Position numbers and translations under genes: made by a program
Notes under the pieces: model-generated
What the model saw: the letters and a program-made list of their open reading frames with translations, nothing else
Database searches by the model: none
Told to the model about the DNA's origin: nothing
Assembly: GCA_964520085.1 (NCBI GenBank)
Contig: CAZFOP010000001.1
Span: 3,015 to 58,672, forward strand
Source: an uncultured Solibacteraceae bacterium
GTDB taxonomy: Bacteria > Acidobacteriota > Terriglobia > Bryobacterales > Bryobacteraceae
DNA length: 55,658 nt
Reading direction: 5' to 3'
In this document: piece by piece, positions 1 to 9,067 of the stretch
Numbering within the stretch: position 1 is the first letter of the stretch
Layout: each line of letters opens with the position of its first letter

Positions 1-727
1 TCACTACACCCGCGCTTCCAGCAGGCGTTGTAGCCGTGATGGTTGTGCTGTTCAGCACCACTACGTTGGTTGCTGCCGTTCCCCCAAATGTCAGAATCGA
101 CCCTGCGGCGAAGTTAGTTCCTGTGACCGTGACTGTCGTCCCTCCCGCCGCAGGCCCAGTATTCGGCGATACGCTGGTCACCGTCGGCGGACGAGTGCGC
201 CTGGCTGCGCCGGACGAGCTTTCGCTTAGCCAGTTACTTTTCACCGTCACAGCATCCATGTTTGCTGGTGGAGTGATGGCCGTGCTAACTGTACTGTTCA
301 GCACCACTAAGTTAGTCGCCATTTTTTCCCGAAAGGCGCCACTCGAACCCCCGGCAGATTGCGTCCCTGCGAGGGTGACTGCCGGCCGGCCTCCGGTCGC
401 GCGGCTGTTCGCCGATACAGTACTCGCCAACGGCAGGACTGTGTGCCCTGACCGAGTGGCGGCTGGGGACGCGACCACTCGAGCTTCAGTTATGTCGCCG
501 TTCGGCGACGCCGACAGCAGTCGCGTAAGGCCGCTGCCGGGCCCACTGGTGGAGTTAGTCACATCGTCTGCGCCAACGATCGAATTGGCTGGCTTGCTTG
601 AAGTGGAGTTGCCCTGAACGTAAGTGACAGTCGGCGAAGCCGCCAAGCGAGATGTGTGCGGCCACCCGGTAACTACCATAGTCGTCGACAACACGAGAAA
701 TGCAAGTCTGTAAATGAAGTTGTTCAT
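1..727 (-). CDS. Secreted IPT/TIG (Ig-like fold) repeat protein; C-terminal part cut by window edge (not in supplied ORF track)
   Basis: Hand translation of the minus strand from ATG at 727-725 stays open to position 1. It starts MNNFIYRLAFLVLSTTMVVTGW (signal-like). It ends PTVTSVSPNTGPAAGGTTVTVTGTNFAAGSILTFGGTAATNVVVLNSTTITATTPAGSAGVV, a textbook IPT/TIG unit, preceded by a more degenerate copy (RPAVTLAG...NLVVLNSTVSTAITPPANMDAVTVK). The listed + ORF 36..617 is its antisense shadow. Confidence 0.75.
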   Translation of the reverse strand, partial: MNNFIYRLAFLVLSTTMVVTGWPHTSRLAASPTVTYVQGNSTSSKPANSIVGADDVTNSTSGPGSGLTRLLSASPNGDITEARVVASPAATRSGHTVLPLASTVSANSRATGGRPAVTLAGTQSAGGSSGAFREKMATNLVVLNSTVSTAITPPANMDAVTVKSNWLSESSSGAARRTRPPTVTSVSPNTGPAAGGTTVTVTGTNFAAGSILTFGGTAATNVVVLNSTTITATTPAGSAGVV

Positions 728-1219
728 CGTCAAGATCCTAAGAGCAGGTAGTAAGCACGCGTTTGGCCAACTTGCGGGTTCGGAGTGAACGCAATCGGCG
801 GCATAAGGCGCCAGCGGTTCGGCAAGTTAATGAAAAGCCCCTTCCATCCTGCTTTGCTAGCGGCACCTGAATTCGACCGTAAGCGCGGCTCAAGGCCGAT
901 TCTGCCGGAGGTCGAACCGAGTCCTTGAGGACGCAGCCGGTGCAGTAATTGCCCCGTTAGTGTAGTTCTTACTGCTCCGGCAGTTTGCCCGGCCGAAAGC
1001 CATGCACCGATGTCAAACGTGCGCTAGATCACCAGTCTGTCGCAAGTCACTCTAGATTCTCCACTTCGAACGCGCTCAACTGGCCACGCCGGCATTGGCC
1101 ATAGCACGGCCTCACGCGTCGCAGCCGGCCGCAACTGAGGACGCGATCTTCGCGTGGTTGCCTCAGAATCAAATGAGCATTAGTTGTGGCGCTACGTGAT
1201 GCGGCTCGCAAGAATTCCG

Positions 1220-3415
1220 TCATTTCGTTCCGGTGGTGAGCTTCGCCAGCGTCTCTCTGATGCCAGCGGCGAAGGGCGATTGCGGATCGCGCTTCAGGGA
1301 ATCTTGCAGGGCTCTTCGAGCTGCGTCGGGCTTGCGGTCGGCCAGGTAGGCCATTCCCAAGTGAAATTCGAACATGGCATTGTTTGGAGCCCTTTTCACG
1401 GACTCCTGCAACTCAGTGACAGCGGGTTCGATGGATCCCAGTTTGTAGTAGGCCCAGCCCACGGTATCGGCCGCTAGCGGGGAGCGTGGAATCTTCTGTT
1501 TCACCTTTTGAGCCAAAGATAGCGCCACATTGACATCGCCGCCGTGCTCGAGGTACAGAAAAGCCAGCGAGCCGGCGGCGACGGCAGATTCCGGATCGAT
1601 CTCGTGCGCCTTTTCACAGAGCTTTGTTGCCTCGTCCCAGTTGCCTTCTCGCTCGTACTGGGCCTCCAGGACGAGGTAATTTGAGACGTTACGGGGATTG
1701 GCCTCAATCGCCTTGCGGAAGTCCTGTTTAGCGGCGTCAACGTTGCCCTTGGCGAGGTGAATGTTTCCGAAAAGGCTATACGCTTGGTGCGTGGTCGGAT
1801 CCAGTGCAATCGCCTGCTTCAGGCTGGATTCCGACTTATCCAAATCCTTCAGGTCGAAGTAGCCCAACGCCAGTAGGAAGTGTAACCCAGCGTTCTGCGG
1901 GTTCGTTTGAACCAATCCCGCAATTCGATCCACGGCTTGAGCGGTCTTGCCCTGAACCAGGTACAGGTTGAGCAACTGTGCTAACGCGGGAAGCGATGTC
2001 GGGTTCTGTTTGAGGAGGTCCAGAAGCGTGGCTTCCGCTTGCTGGAATTCACCCTTGGCCTGCAGAGCCTTGGCGCTCGATAGCTCCGCCAGAGGCAAAC
2101 CGGGACGCGCCTTCAGAGCGCCAGCGGCTAAACGCAGGGCTTCGTCGTTGTCTCCCGTTGAAGCCGTGAGTGATGCCAGCGCAGCTTGAGCCTGAACCAT
2201 TCCTGGAGAAAGCGCGAGAGCCCGTGCAAATGCAGGCCTGGCCAAATCGGGCTCCCGGAGTGCCCTCTGGGCGACCCCCAAAAAGTAGTATCCAGGTGCG
2301 GACTGCGGATCGGCCTGCACTGCCTTCTCGAGAGTTGAAACCGCTTCCTGGTGTTTGCCCTGTGCGATCAGTATCCGACCGCCCGAGATAAGCGCGCGTG
2401 GGTTCGCTGGATCGGCTGCCAAAACCTGCTGCTCGACGGCACCTGCCTCTTGGATTCGATTCACGTCGATCAAAGTCTCGACCAAACTCATCTTCACCGA
2501 AGTGTCCTTCGGTTTGGAAGTCATCAGCGACTCGAATTCGACGGCCGCCTTCTCTTTCTGGCCTGTTGACGCATAGAAATGGCCGAGGGCCTGATACGCC
2601 TGAGGGTCGTTGGGGGCGATACTCTTGACCCCACGATAGAGTCTCTCCGCGTCGGCTAGCTTTCCCGCACGGACCAGTACCCGAGCCCAAAGGACCCGAG
2701 GCAGGAACGCCCGAGTGTCCAGATCGGCCGCCTGACGCATTTCGGCCTCCGCTTCAGCCAACCTGCCCTGGGTGAAATAGAATTGCCCCAGACTGACTCG
2801 CGCTTCGACGGATCGTGGGTTGGCGTCAACGGCTTGCCGGTTAACACGTTCCGCTTCTGCGACCTGTCCGGCGGACAGATATACCGCCGCTAAGGCGACA
2901 TAATGCTCAACCTGGTGGGGCGCGAACTCGATCGCGTGCTGGAATTCCAGAATCGCAGCCGGAGTATTACGAGTCAATAGGTATGTTTCGCCGAGTATCG
3001 CGTGAGCACGGGCATTTGTGGGAGTGGCTTTCAGAACTGCTTGGGCAGCCGATTGGGCCTGGTCAAACTGCCAACGCGCGATCATCAGGCCCGCAAGCTC
3101 CAGTTGTCCGTTTGAATCCCTGGGGTCCAGAGTGACGGCCTCCATGTACTCCGTGTAGGCTGCCTCGGAGTTACCGAGTCTCAAATAGGCCTGAGCAAGC
3201 TGCGAATGGGCTTTCGAGAATCTTGGGTCAAGGGCCACCGCGTTGCGAAACTCTATCACCGCCTCACGGTACTTACCGGCACTGGAGTACTGCTCGCCGC
3301 GCTGGAGATACTTTGCCTTCTGCTGATTGGGATCCGAAGAACACCCAGCAAGCGCAACTGCCAGGATGGCCAAAAGAACCCTTCGATCTGGCGCGACGCC
3401 ATGTGTCAAGTACAT
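1220..3415 (-). CDS. TPR-repeat lipoprotein of the PEP-CTERM/exosortase-system type (PrsT-like)
   Basis: ORF 1220..3442. The ATG at 3415 is preceded by GGGGAGG. MYLTHGVAPDRRVLLAILAVALAGCSS is a lipoprotein signal with an LAGC lipobox. The rest is tandem 34-aa TPR units; recurring helix-turn ends include ALDPRFSKAH, TLDPRDSNG, ANPRSVEA, ADPANPRA, ADPQSAPG, NPQNAGL, LDPTTHQA, ANPRNVSN, IDPESAVA and RDPQSPFA. The gene sits beside an exosortase. Confidence 0.8.
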   Translation of the reverse strand: MYLTHGVAPDRRVLLAILAVALAGCSSDPNQQKAKYLQRGEQYSSAGKYREAVIEFRNAVALDPRFSKAHSQLAQAYLRLGNSEAAYTEYMEAVTLDPRDSNGQLELAGLMIARWQFDQAQSAAQAVLKATPTNARAHAILGETYLLTRNTPAAILEFQHAIEFAPHQVEHYVALAAVYLSAGQVAEAERVNRQAVDANPRSVEARVSLGQFYFTQGRLAEAEAEMRQAADLDTRAFLPRVLWARVLVRAGKLADAERLYRGVKSIAPNDPQAYQALGHFYASTGQKEKAAVEFESLMTSKPKDTSVKMSLVETLIDVNRIQEAGAVEQQVLAADPANPRALISGGRILIAQGKHQEAVSTLEKAVQADPQSAPGYYFLGVAQRALREPDLARPAFARALALSPGMVQAQAALASLTASTGDNDEALRLAAGALKARPGLPLAELSSAKALQAKGEFQQAEATLLDLLKQNPTSLPALAQLLNLYLVQGKTAQAVDRIAGLVQTNPQNAGLHFLLALGYFDLKDLDKSESSLKQAIALDPTTHQAYSLFGNIHLAKGNVDAAKQDFRKAIEANPRNVSNYLVLEAQYEREGNWDEATKLCEKAHEIDPESAVAAGSLAFLYLEHGGDVNVALSLAQKVKQKIPRSPLAADTVGWAYYKLGSIEPAVTELQESVKRAPNNAMFEFHLGMAYLADRKPDAARRALQDSLKRDPQSPFAAGIRETLAKLTTGTK

Positions 3416-3702
3416 AAGCCTCCCCGATTCTCTAGCGACCACTTCTTACGCCCACTTTGGGCCAGGAACAATGTTACCAGGAGATACACTTTCGCACATT
3501 CCCGCTGGTACCAGGACTTTTCATCGAGCCAAGTGCTTTGTGGCCAACACACGGCAGTATTCCCTTTGTTCTCCGGCGATTCCATTGCCCTTTGGTACGA
3601 TTGACGGGACTTGCTGCGGGCTGTAATCTTGATGAAGCAATTTCACTGGCGATGACTCTACTGAGGCCGGGGAAGCGGGAGTCATCCCCTCGGAGGATAA
3701 GG

Positions 3703-4419
3703 ATGCGTAACATGCGAAATCACTTCAAACAGATTGGTCATTGGAACATTGCCGGTCTTCTGGCGCTGGCATTTGCTTCTGTAGGGTCCGCACAATACAC
3801 GATTGACCTCACGGGCGTTGGCGACGGAGCGTCGGCCGATGGCGTGTACGTCAGTCCATATTGGGGTACGATCACCGAAAATGGCAGCCCGATCTACACC
3901 GGGTACTTGATTTGCGACGACTTCAATACAGACTCGTCCCTGGACGACCCTACGAGCGCCGATGCGACGAATGCGGGAGCCTTAGACGGGGATCAGAAGT
4001 TTACCGCAGCGTCGTACTCCGACCCGTTTAACGCTGGAGATACTTTCACCGATCAACAGGCTTACGACGCTGTCGCGTGGCTCGCAAATGGGCTGCTGGC
4101 CAGCTCGAACGTTACCAATCCAATCGCACAGACTAACTATTCATTCGCCATCTGGGATATTTTCGATGGCCAGGCTCTTGACCCGGACGGCGGAGCGGCG
4201 AGCCTGATCGCTCAAGCCTTCTCCGCAGTGTCGGCTGGATATGTCGGAAGCGACACCACCGTGTTCACGCCTAATCCGCTGAACGCTTCCCAGGAATTCC
4301 TCGTCGTCAGCACACCCGAGTCATCCCTTCCGGCTACCTTAGCGGTCGAGCTCTCAGCTCTTGTCGGCGTATTCTTCCTGATGCGACGACGGTTGGTGCG
4401 GACTGGAGCGGCCCGATAG
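3703..4419 (+). CDS. Secreted protein with PEP-CTERM-like C-terminal sorting signal (putative exosortase substrate)
   Basis: ORF 3457..4419. The internal ATG at 3703 lies 6 nt after GGAGG. The N-terminus MRNMRNHFKQIGHWNIAGLLALAFASVGSAQ is a signal peptide. The C-terminus VVSTPESSLPATLAVELSALVGVFFLMRRRLVRTGAAR has a P-E-x motif, a hydrophobic helix and an Arg cluster, which is the PEP-CTERM architecture with a TPES variant. Confidence 0.7.
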   Translation: MRNMRNHFKQIGHWNIAGLLALAFASVGSAQYTIDLTGVGDGASADGVYVSPYWGTITENGSPIYTGYLICDDFNTDSSLDDPTSADATNAGALDGDQKFTAASYSDPFNAGDTFTDQQAYDAVAWLANGLLASSNVTNPIAQTNYSFAIWDIFDGQALDPDGGAASLIAQAFSAVSAGYVGSDTTVFTPNPLNASQEFLVVSTPESSLPATLAVELSALVGVFFLMRRRLVRTGAAR

Positions 4420-4478
4420 ACATTCACCGGCCGGCGGTGCGGCAGACAGAGCAGGCCCAGAGGGCCTCACCGTAAGTT

Positions 4479-4529
4479 GAACGAGAAAGCGCCGGAGTGA
4501 CTCAATGTCACTCCGGCGCTTTCTCGTTC
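4479..4529. terminator. Perfect 23-bp-stem hairpin between convergent genes (bidirectional terminator candidate)
   Basis: gaacgagaaagcgccggagtgac / tcaat / gtcactccggcgctttctcgttc is a perfect inverted repeat. It lies 60 nt after the stop at 4419 and 150 nt after the minus-strand stop at 4679. A second small hairpin aggccc-aga-gggcct sits at 4453-4467. There is no U-tract on either side, so intrinsic termination is not certain. Confidence 0.55.
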
Positions 4530-4678
4530 CGGTTCCGGCTTAGCGGCTGAATGTCTCTGCGGAGCGCCACGCAAATGTCGGCATTCCGCTCGCCCAGCGG
4601 GTTGCCGGTCTCTGGAAATTGGAGAAACGCCAGTGGCGGGCGCGGAGGTACAGGCGAGGAGCATCCCCAAGCGGAATG

Positions 4679-5593
4679 TTAGGCACGGCCCAGGCCATCG
4701 CGACGTTCCGCCTTTTGCAGCACGACGATAGCTGGAACCAACATCAGAACGGCCAACAGCGCGAATACCAAGCCGCCGCGCCTGTGTAGGTTGCCATAGA
4801 GGAAGGCTCGATTCACGTACACCCCGAGGGTTGAAATCGTCACAATACGCACCGCGTTCTTGAATATGGCCAGGGGAATAGCGAACAAGACGAGCATGCC
4901 CTTGCTCCACCAGGGCTTAAGAAACGCGTGGCCTGCCAAGATGCTGGTAATCAAAATGGCCAAGCCCGAACGTATGCCACTGCATTGCTCCGCGATCTCG
5001 ATTTCAACACCAGGAAGCGAGAATCTGAAGCCCTGCCTGAAAACGGGCATGCCCGAGACTTTGAACAGGAGATAGGTTACCTCAGCCGAACTCTTCTGCA
5101 ATCCAAGAGTAACTTGGTTCAGCAGGCCGACGGGGATCGGAGCCATTAACAAGAGAAAGCACACTGGGAAAGCCGCTGCTCGGAGAACCTGCGGGCCATA
5201 GCAAAGGAGAAACGCAGCCACCCACACCAGGATGATCGATGGCATGAGAAGAAACAGGCTGCCGGTTTCTGTCGGCGACGGATGCGCATTCAGAATCCAG
5301 AACAGGATCATGCCCAATGCAAGCAATGGAATGCCGAGTTTCGGTGCATAGCGGGCGTTGGGCAATGTCTCTTTGCACTCCAAGCAGAACACGCACAAGC
5401 TGATGAATGGCACCAGGAGAATGTGTGTGTACCGTTCGTTCTGGAGCGATAGCCTGACGAGCATGTTCAACGGCTGCCAAAACGGGAATAGCGACACAAG
5501 CACGACCAGCACGAATGCCAAGCTTTGCGGCGTTGATCGCAGAGCCGGCGAACCAAGCATAGCGTAGCGCCTGTCCCAAAGAGCCCGCTTCAC
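4679..5593 (-). CDS. Exosortase (EpsH/Xrt family transpeptidase), polytopic membrane protein
   Basis: The 304-aa product has about 8 hydrophobic helices. Family signatures are present: YTHILLVPFIS (cf. YSHG-LVP), IAEQCSGIRSGL (catalytic Cys motif), FKNAVRIVT (Arg motif) and GNLHRRGG (His). The GTG start at 5593 overlaps the upstream TGA by 4 nt (GTGA). An alternative ATG lies at 5560. Confidence 0.85.
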   Translation of the reverse strand: MKRALWDRRYAMLGSPALRSTPQSLAFVLVVLVSLFPFWQPLNMLVRLSLQNERYTHILLVPFISLCVFCLECKETLPNARYAPKLGIPLLALGMILFWILNAHPSPTETGSLFLLMPSIILVWVAAFLLCYGPQVLRAAAFPVCFLLLMAPIPVGLLNQVTLGLQKSSAEVTYLLFKVSGMPVFRQGFRFSLPGVEIEIAEQCSGIRSGLAILITSILAGHAFLKPWWSKGMLVLFAIPLAIFKNAVRIVTISTLGVYVNRAFLYGNLHRRGGLVFALLAVLMLVPAIVVLQKAERRDGLGRA

Positions 5594-6318
5594 AGCGTTC
5601 CCCCTGCAGTGAAGGCAGAGTGGCTACTGCCACGGGACTCCTTGTCATCCTGCACCGGCCGCCTGGCGACCGACTCGGCTGCGGCCAATCGGTGCTGCAC
5701 TGCGAACAATGCCAATTCGAGCCGGCTAGCCACCCCGACCTTGTCAAAGATGTTGGTAAGGTGATGCTTGACAGTCCGCTCGCAGATCGAAAAGTGCTGT
5801 CCGACCTCCCGATTCGAATACCCCGCGGCGATCTTTGCTACGATCTCCAACTCGCGCGTTGTGAGCCGATAGTCTCCTTGAAAACTTTCATCCTCCCGAA
5901 CAAACGAGGCGCGAAATGCCTCCAGAAGAACGTCAACGCTGCCGTCCTCGAAGCAGTATTGACCGCCCATAACGCGCCGAATAGTCCTTCGCCACACCGT
6001 CGGGCTCGCCGTTCGAGGAAGAATGCCATGCGCGCCAAAACGGAAAGCTTCTACAATAGCATCCTTTTCGATCCCGGCAAGCAGCACAACGGTTCGCTGC
6101 TGGGAAAAACTTCCTGCACCAAGGCCCAGCAACGCAGACTGTTGGCATAGTGCAAGATCGATGAGAAGAATGTCCGGCTTGAGCTGCTGCGTGAGTTTAA
6201 CAGTACTGGACGCATCCGACGCCTCGCCAATGACCTGGATGTCGTGCTTGCGCTCCAGCGATTGCCGCAACCGCTGGCTAAAGCGCAATTGACCGTCAGC
6301 AATCAGCAGTCGAGTCAT
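5590..6318 (-). CDS. NarL/FixJ-type response regulator with LuxR HTH and an atypical receiver domain
   Basis: ORF 5590..6516. The receiver starts at ATG 6318 (MTRLLIADGQLRF...KPDILLIDLAL...). The C-terminal LuxR HTH is TTRELEIVAKIAAGYSNREVGQHFSICERTVKHHLTNIFDKVGVASRLELALFA. Receiver residues deviate from NarL: DD->AD, S/T->A (VVLLAG) and K->R (GAHGILPRT). Confidence 0.85.
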   Translation of the reverse strand: MTRLLIADGQLRFSQRLRQSLERKHDIQVIGEASDASSTVKLTQQLKPDILLIDLALCQQSALLGLGAGSFSQQRTVVLLAGIEKDAIVEAFRFGAHGILPRTASPTVWRRTIRRVMGGQYCFEDGSVDVLLEAFRASFVREDESFQGDYRLTTRELEIVAKIAAGYSNREVGQHFSICERTVKHHLTNIFDKVGVASRLELALFAVQHRLAAAESVARRPVQDDKESRGSSHSAFTAGGTL

Positions 6319-6502
6319 TGATGATTCCGTCACAGGCCCATTGCTCCGGCGCGAGCCTGAGCGATTAGTCGACTTCTTAGCGTCGCCGTACCCATCCGCA
6401 TCGGGGACATCCTCGAGGCGTAACGCAGTTCGCGTGGCCGCATCTCGATATGTTTCACATCCGCAGACGGCTGCCCCAAGCCCGCGAAAGCGCGCTCCAC
6501 AC

Positions 6503-7297
6503 TTAGCTGAGTCCATCGGTTGCCCGTGCCGAACCTTCGGAATAGTAGGAGCTATAAAATCTGGAATATGGGCGATCAGACGATTTTGTTCCGTTTAGGA
6601 CTATTCCAACGATGCGCGGGCGCCCAATAATGGCAATCGTCTCGTCGATCGCCTCACGAACGGTGCGGTCAGCCCGTGCGACGAGCAATGTGGCATCGGC
6701 GTAACGCGTCAACGACGTCGCATCACTCAACGGCAAGACGGGTGGAGAGTCCACGAGTATCCAATCGAAGTGTGGCAGTATCTTACCCATCACGCGCGAA
6801 AGAGCCGCAGTCTGCAGCAGTTCGGAGGCGTTAGGACGCGAACCGCCAGCAGGCAAGAGGTACCACTTCAGCGGGTCGATAAGTCGAATTGCCGACTGCG
6901 GCTCGACCGTGCCTTCGAGGCATTCTGCGAGCCCGGTCCATGATTTGAGTCTGAGCCTCCCGGTTAGGGCGGGTTGGTGAAGATCGGCTTCGATCACTAG
7001 TACATTCTTCTTGCCGCCCTCGGCAAGCGCCGTCGCGAGGTTCAGGCAGACTGTGGACTTTCCGTCATGCGGAAGCGGGCTAGTGATCAAAACCGTCTTC
7101 AGTTTTCCCGATGACCCTAACTCCCTCAGCCGCATCCGCAGAAGCCTATATCGGTCGGCGCCGGGGCTGCGGGGATTCGTGTGAAAGACGAGTCTACTCT
7201 CAGGCACAATCTGGGCGCGCTCGACCAGCGCCCCAGTCAGTTCATCGCAATCCGCCGGGGATCCGGACTGACGCATCAAATCGAATAGCCGGCTCAT
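6503..7297 (-). CDS. Bacterial tyrosine autokinase (BY-kinase, CpsD/EpsG-like cytoplasmic ATPase half of split Wzc)
   Basis: ORF 6503..7357 has a TTG start. The ATG at 7297 has GGAG 8 nt upstream. Motifs: Walker A TSPLPHDGKST, Walker A' VLVIEADLHQP, Walker B DWILVDSPPV. The C-terminal tail YSRFYSSYYSE is Tyr-rich. Confidence 0.85.
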   Translation of the reverse strand: MSRLFDLMRQSGSPADCDELTGALVERAQIVPESRLVFHTNPRSPGADRYRLLRMRLRELGSSGKLKTVLITSPLPHDGKSTVCLNLATALAEGGKKNVLVIEADLHQPALTGRLRLKSWTGLAECLEGTVEPQSAIRLIDPLKWYLLPAGGSRPNASELLQTAALSRVMGKILPHFDWILVDSPPVLPLSDATSLTRYADATLLVARADRTVREAIDETIAIIGRPRIVGIVLNGTKSSDRPYSRFYSSYYSEGSARATDGLS

Positions 7298-7366
7298 CGG
7301 CTCGACTCCAAGAACAAGTATGTTAGGGTGGTCATTGCGCCTCGAATGCAGGGCCAAGGTGGCTCC

Positions 7367-9067
7367 TTACCGATGCATATACATGTACATCCCGGCAGCC
7401 GAGACTGTTATCGCAACCACGGCGCCGCCGAACCATTCGAACACCATCTTCCAGGCGTGAGCCCTGTACTCCCGAGCCGTCAGATCCAATGGGACACTAA
7501 CGATGAGCGGCAGCCGCAGGTCGCGTCTCAGGTCTTTCTCCCGATGAAACGAATGATCCTTCGCGTCGATGGCGAAAGCGAGCGCCAAGCCTAATACAAT
7601 GCCCGCAGCGGCGCCGCCGAACGCGATCTTGCCGCGCTTTGGGCTGGACGGTACTGTCGGTAAAGTGGGAGGGTCGATGAGGCGAAACTGCTGCCCGCCC
7701 TGTTGCTCCTCCAAATTCGTTGCCAGTTGGGACTCCAGCTCCTTACTCAGCAAATCCGAGTATTCCTTCTTCAATAGCTCGTCGTCCCGCATCAGCCCGG
7801 CTAATTGTTGTTCACGAACAGGTGTCAAGTTCAAGCGATCTTGGTATACTGCGGTTTTTGCTCTTAGTTGTAGTTCGTCTTTGGATAGGTTTTCAATCTC
7901 TAGGCGATTTGCTTCCAACTGGCTCTCAATCTGCGCGGTCGACGCAGTGTCCTCTGACGCTGCTGTCGAGACTCCAGCTATCGGCAACTTCGGGGTCCCG
8001 GCCTTTTCGCTTCTTGCATCGTCTCCGGCAGGCGTGGAGTCGGCCGACTTTGAACTGGTAAGACCAGCCTTTGCTGCCACTATCTCCCGTTGAACTTCGA
8101 TAAGTTCGGGGTATTGGTCCCCATAGGTCGTCCGTAATGCTGCCTCCTTCGCTTGAAGGCCTGAGAGATTCAGACGCGCGGCCTCATCTGGAGATACCTC
8201 AGTACCTGCACCGCGCTGGCTGACGGCACCTATCGCCGATATTCGGGACGCTTGCGAAGCCAGACGCCGGTAGCCATCCAGCATCGACTGAAGATATACC
8301 TTCTGTTGCCGGGCACGGTTCAGGCTGTCCTCAGTATTCTGAAGCTGGGACTGGATGCTGGAAAGTATGGCGAGATTACCCTGTTGCTGCTCCGGCAATG
8401 AGCCAAGATACTGCATCTTAAACTGCTTGAGTTGTTGTTCCTGATCGGCCAGCTTCGCCTTAGCAGCTTCCAGTTGCTCATGAAGGAAGCTGGTGGTGTT
8501 CGTGGCTTGACGCGCGCGGGAGTTGATGTTGGTTTGTATGAATAGCGAGGTCAACCGGCTCGTGACCTCCTGCGCTATGAGCGGCGTACTTGCCACGAAT
8601 GAAATCTTGAACGCATTCAGGTCTTTTCGCCCAGACGATTCGCCCACGGGATCGAGTGGCTGAACGTCAATGTCGTCCCGCATCCGCGACAGTATCAGTT
8701 CCGGGGCCAACCGCGCTCTCTCCTTGCGATACAGTCCGAACTCGTCGATCAGCCCCAGCAACTGCTGCCGCGACAGCACCTCTTGCATCATGGCCTGCAG
8801 GACCCTGTTGAGGTCGGTACTGGCCGTTGGCACGACGTACCGTTCAGGCACGCTTTGCTGAACCACGATGATCGTCGCTTCGGACGTGTAACGGTTTGGA
8901 AGCAAGGTTAGGGCAACTGCCGTCGCGACGATAACAGTGCCAGCCGTGAGCAAGAACCACCACCGGCGTCGGATTAGCGCCCCGGCGAACCGAGCGATGG
9001 TGTCGCCAAGATCGCTCTCAGCCGCTAGGGTCGCGGTATCGTTCTTTGTGGCTTCCATATCACCCAA
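7367..9067 (-). CDS. Polysaccharide chain-length determinant (Wzz/GumC-like PCP, membrane half of split Wzc)
   Basis: 566 aa. The N-terminal Wzz region is RRRWWFLLTAGTVIVATAVALTLLPNRYTSEATIIVVQQ. A long coiled-coil periplasmic segment follows (LEAAKAKLADQEQQLKQFK...), then a second TM region near the C-terminus (AFGGAAAGIVLGLALAFAI). It lies directly upstream of the BY-kinase. Confidence 0.85.
   Translation of the reverse strand: MGDMEATKNDTATLAAESDLGDTIARFAGALIRRRWWFLLTAGTVIVATAVALTLLPNRYTSEATIIVVQQSVPERYVVPTASTDLNRVLQAMMQEVLSRQQLLGLIDEFGLYRKERARLAPELILSRMRDDIDVQPLDPVGESSGRKDLNAFKISFVASTPLIAQEVTSRLTSLFIQTNINSRARQATNTTSFLHEQLEAAKAKLADQEQQLKQFKMQYLGSLPEQQQGNLAILSSIQSQLQNTEDSLNRARQQKVYLQSMLDGYRRLASQASRISAIGAVSQRGAGTEVSPDEAARLNLSGLQAKEAALRTTYGDQYPELIEVQREIVAAKAGLTSSKSADSTPAGDDARSEKAGTPKLPIAGVSTAASEDTASTAQIESQLEANRLEIENLSKDELQLRAKTAVYQDRLNLTPVREQQLAGLMRDDELLKKEYSDLLSKELESQLATNLEEQQGGQQFRLIDPPTLPTVPSSPKRGKIAFGGAAAGIVLGLALAFAIDAKDHSFHREKDLRRDLRLPLIVSVPLDLTAREYRAHAWKMVFEWFGGAVVAITVSAAGMYMYMHR

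Noticed and set aside
36-617. 193-aa + strand ORF at the left edge
   Set aside because: It lies exactly antisense to an open minus-strand frame that encodes clear IPT/TIG repeats. Its own translation (VVPPAAGPVFGDTLVTVGG...) is the mirror-image low-complexity pattern typical of shadow ORFs in GC-rich DNA.
4467-4910. 147-aa minus-strand ORF spanning the 23-bp hairpin and the exosortase 3' end
   Set aside because: It overlaps the exosortase in another frame and runs through a perfect palindrome. The translation is Arg/Gly/Pro-rich.
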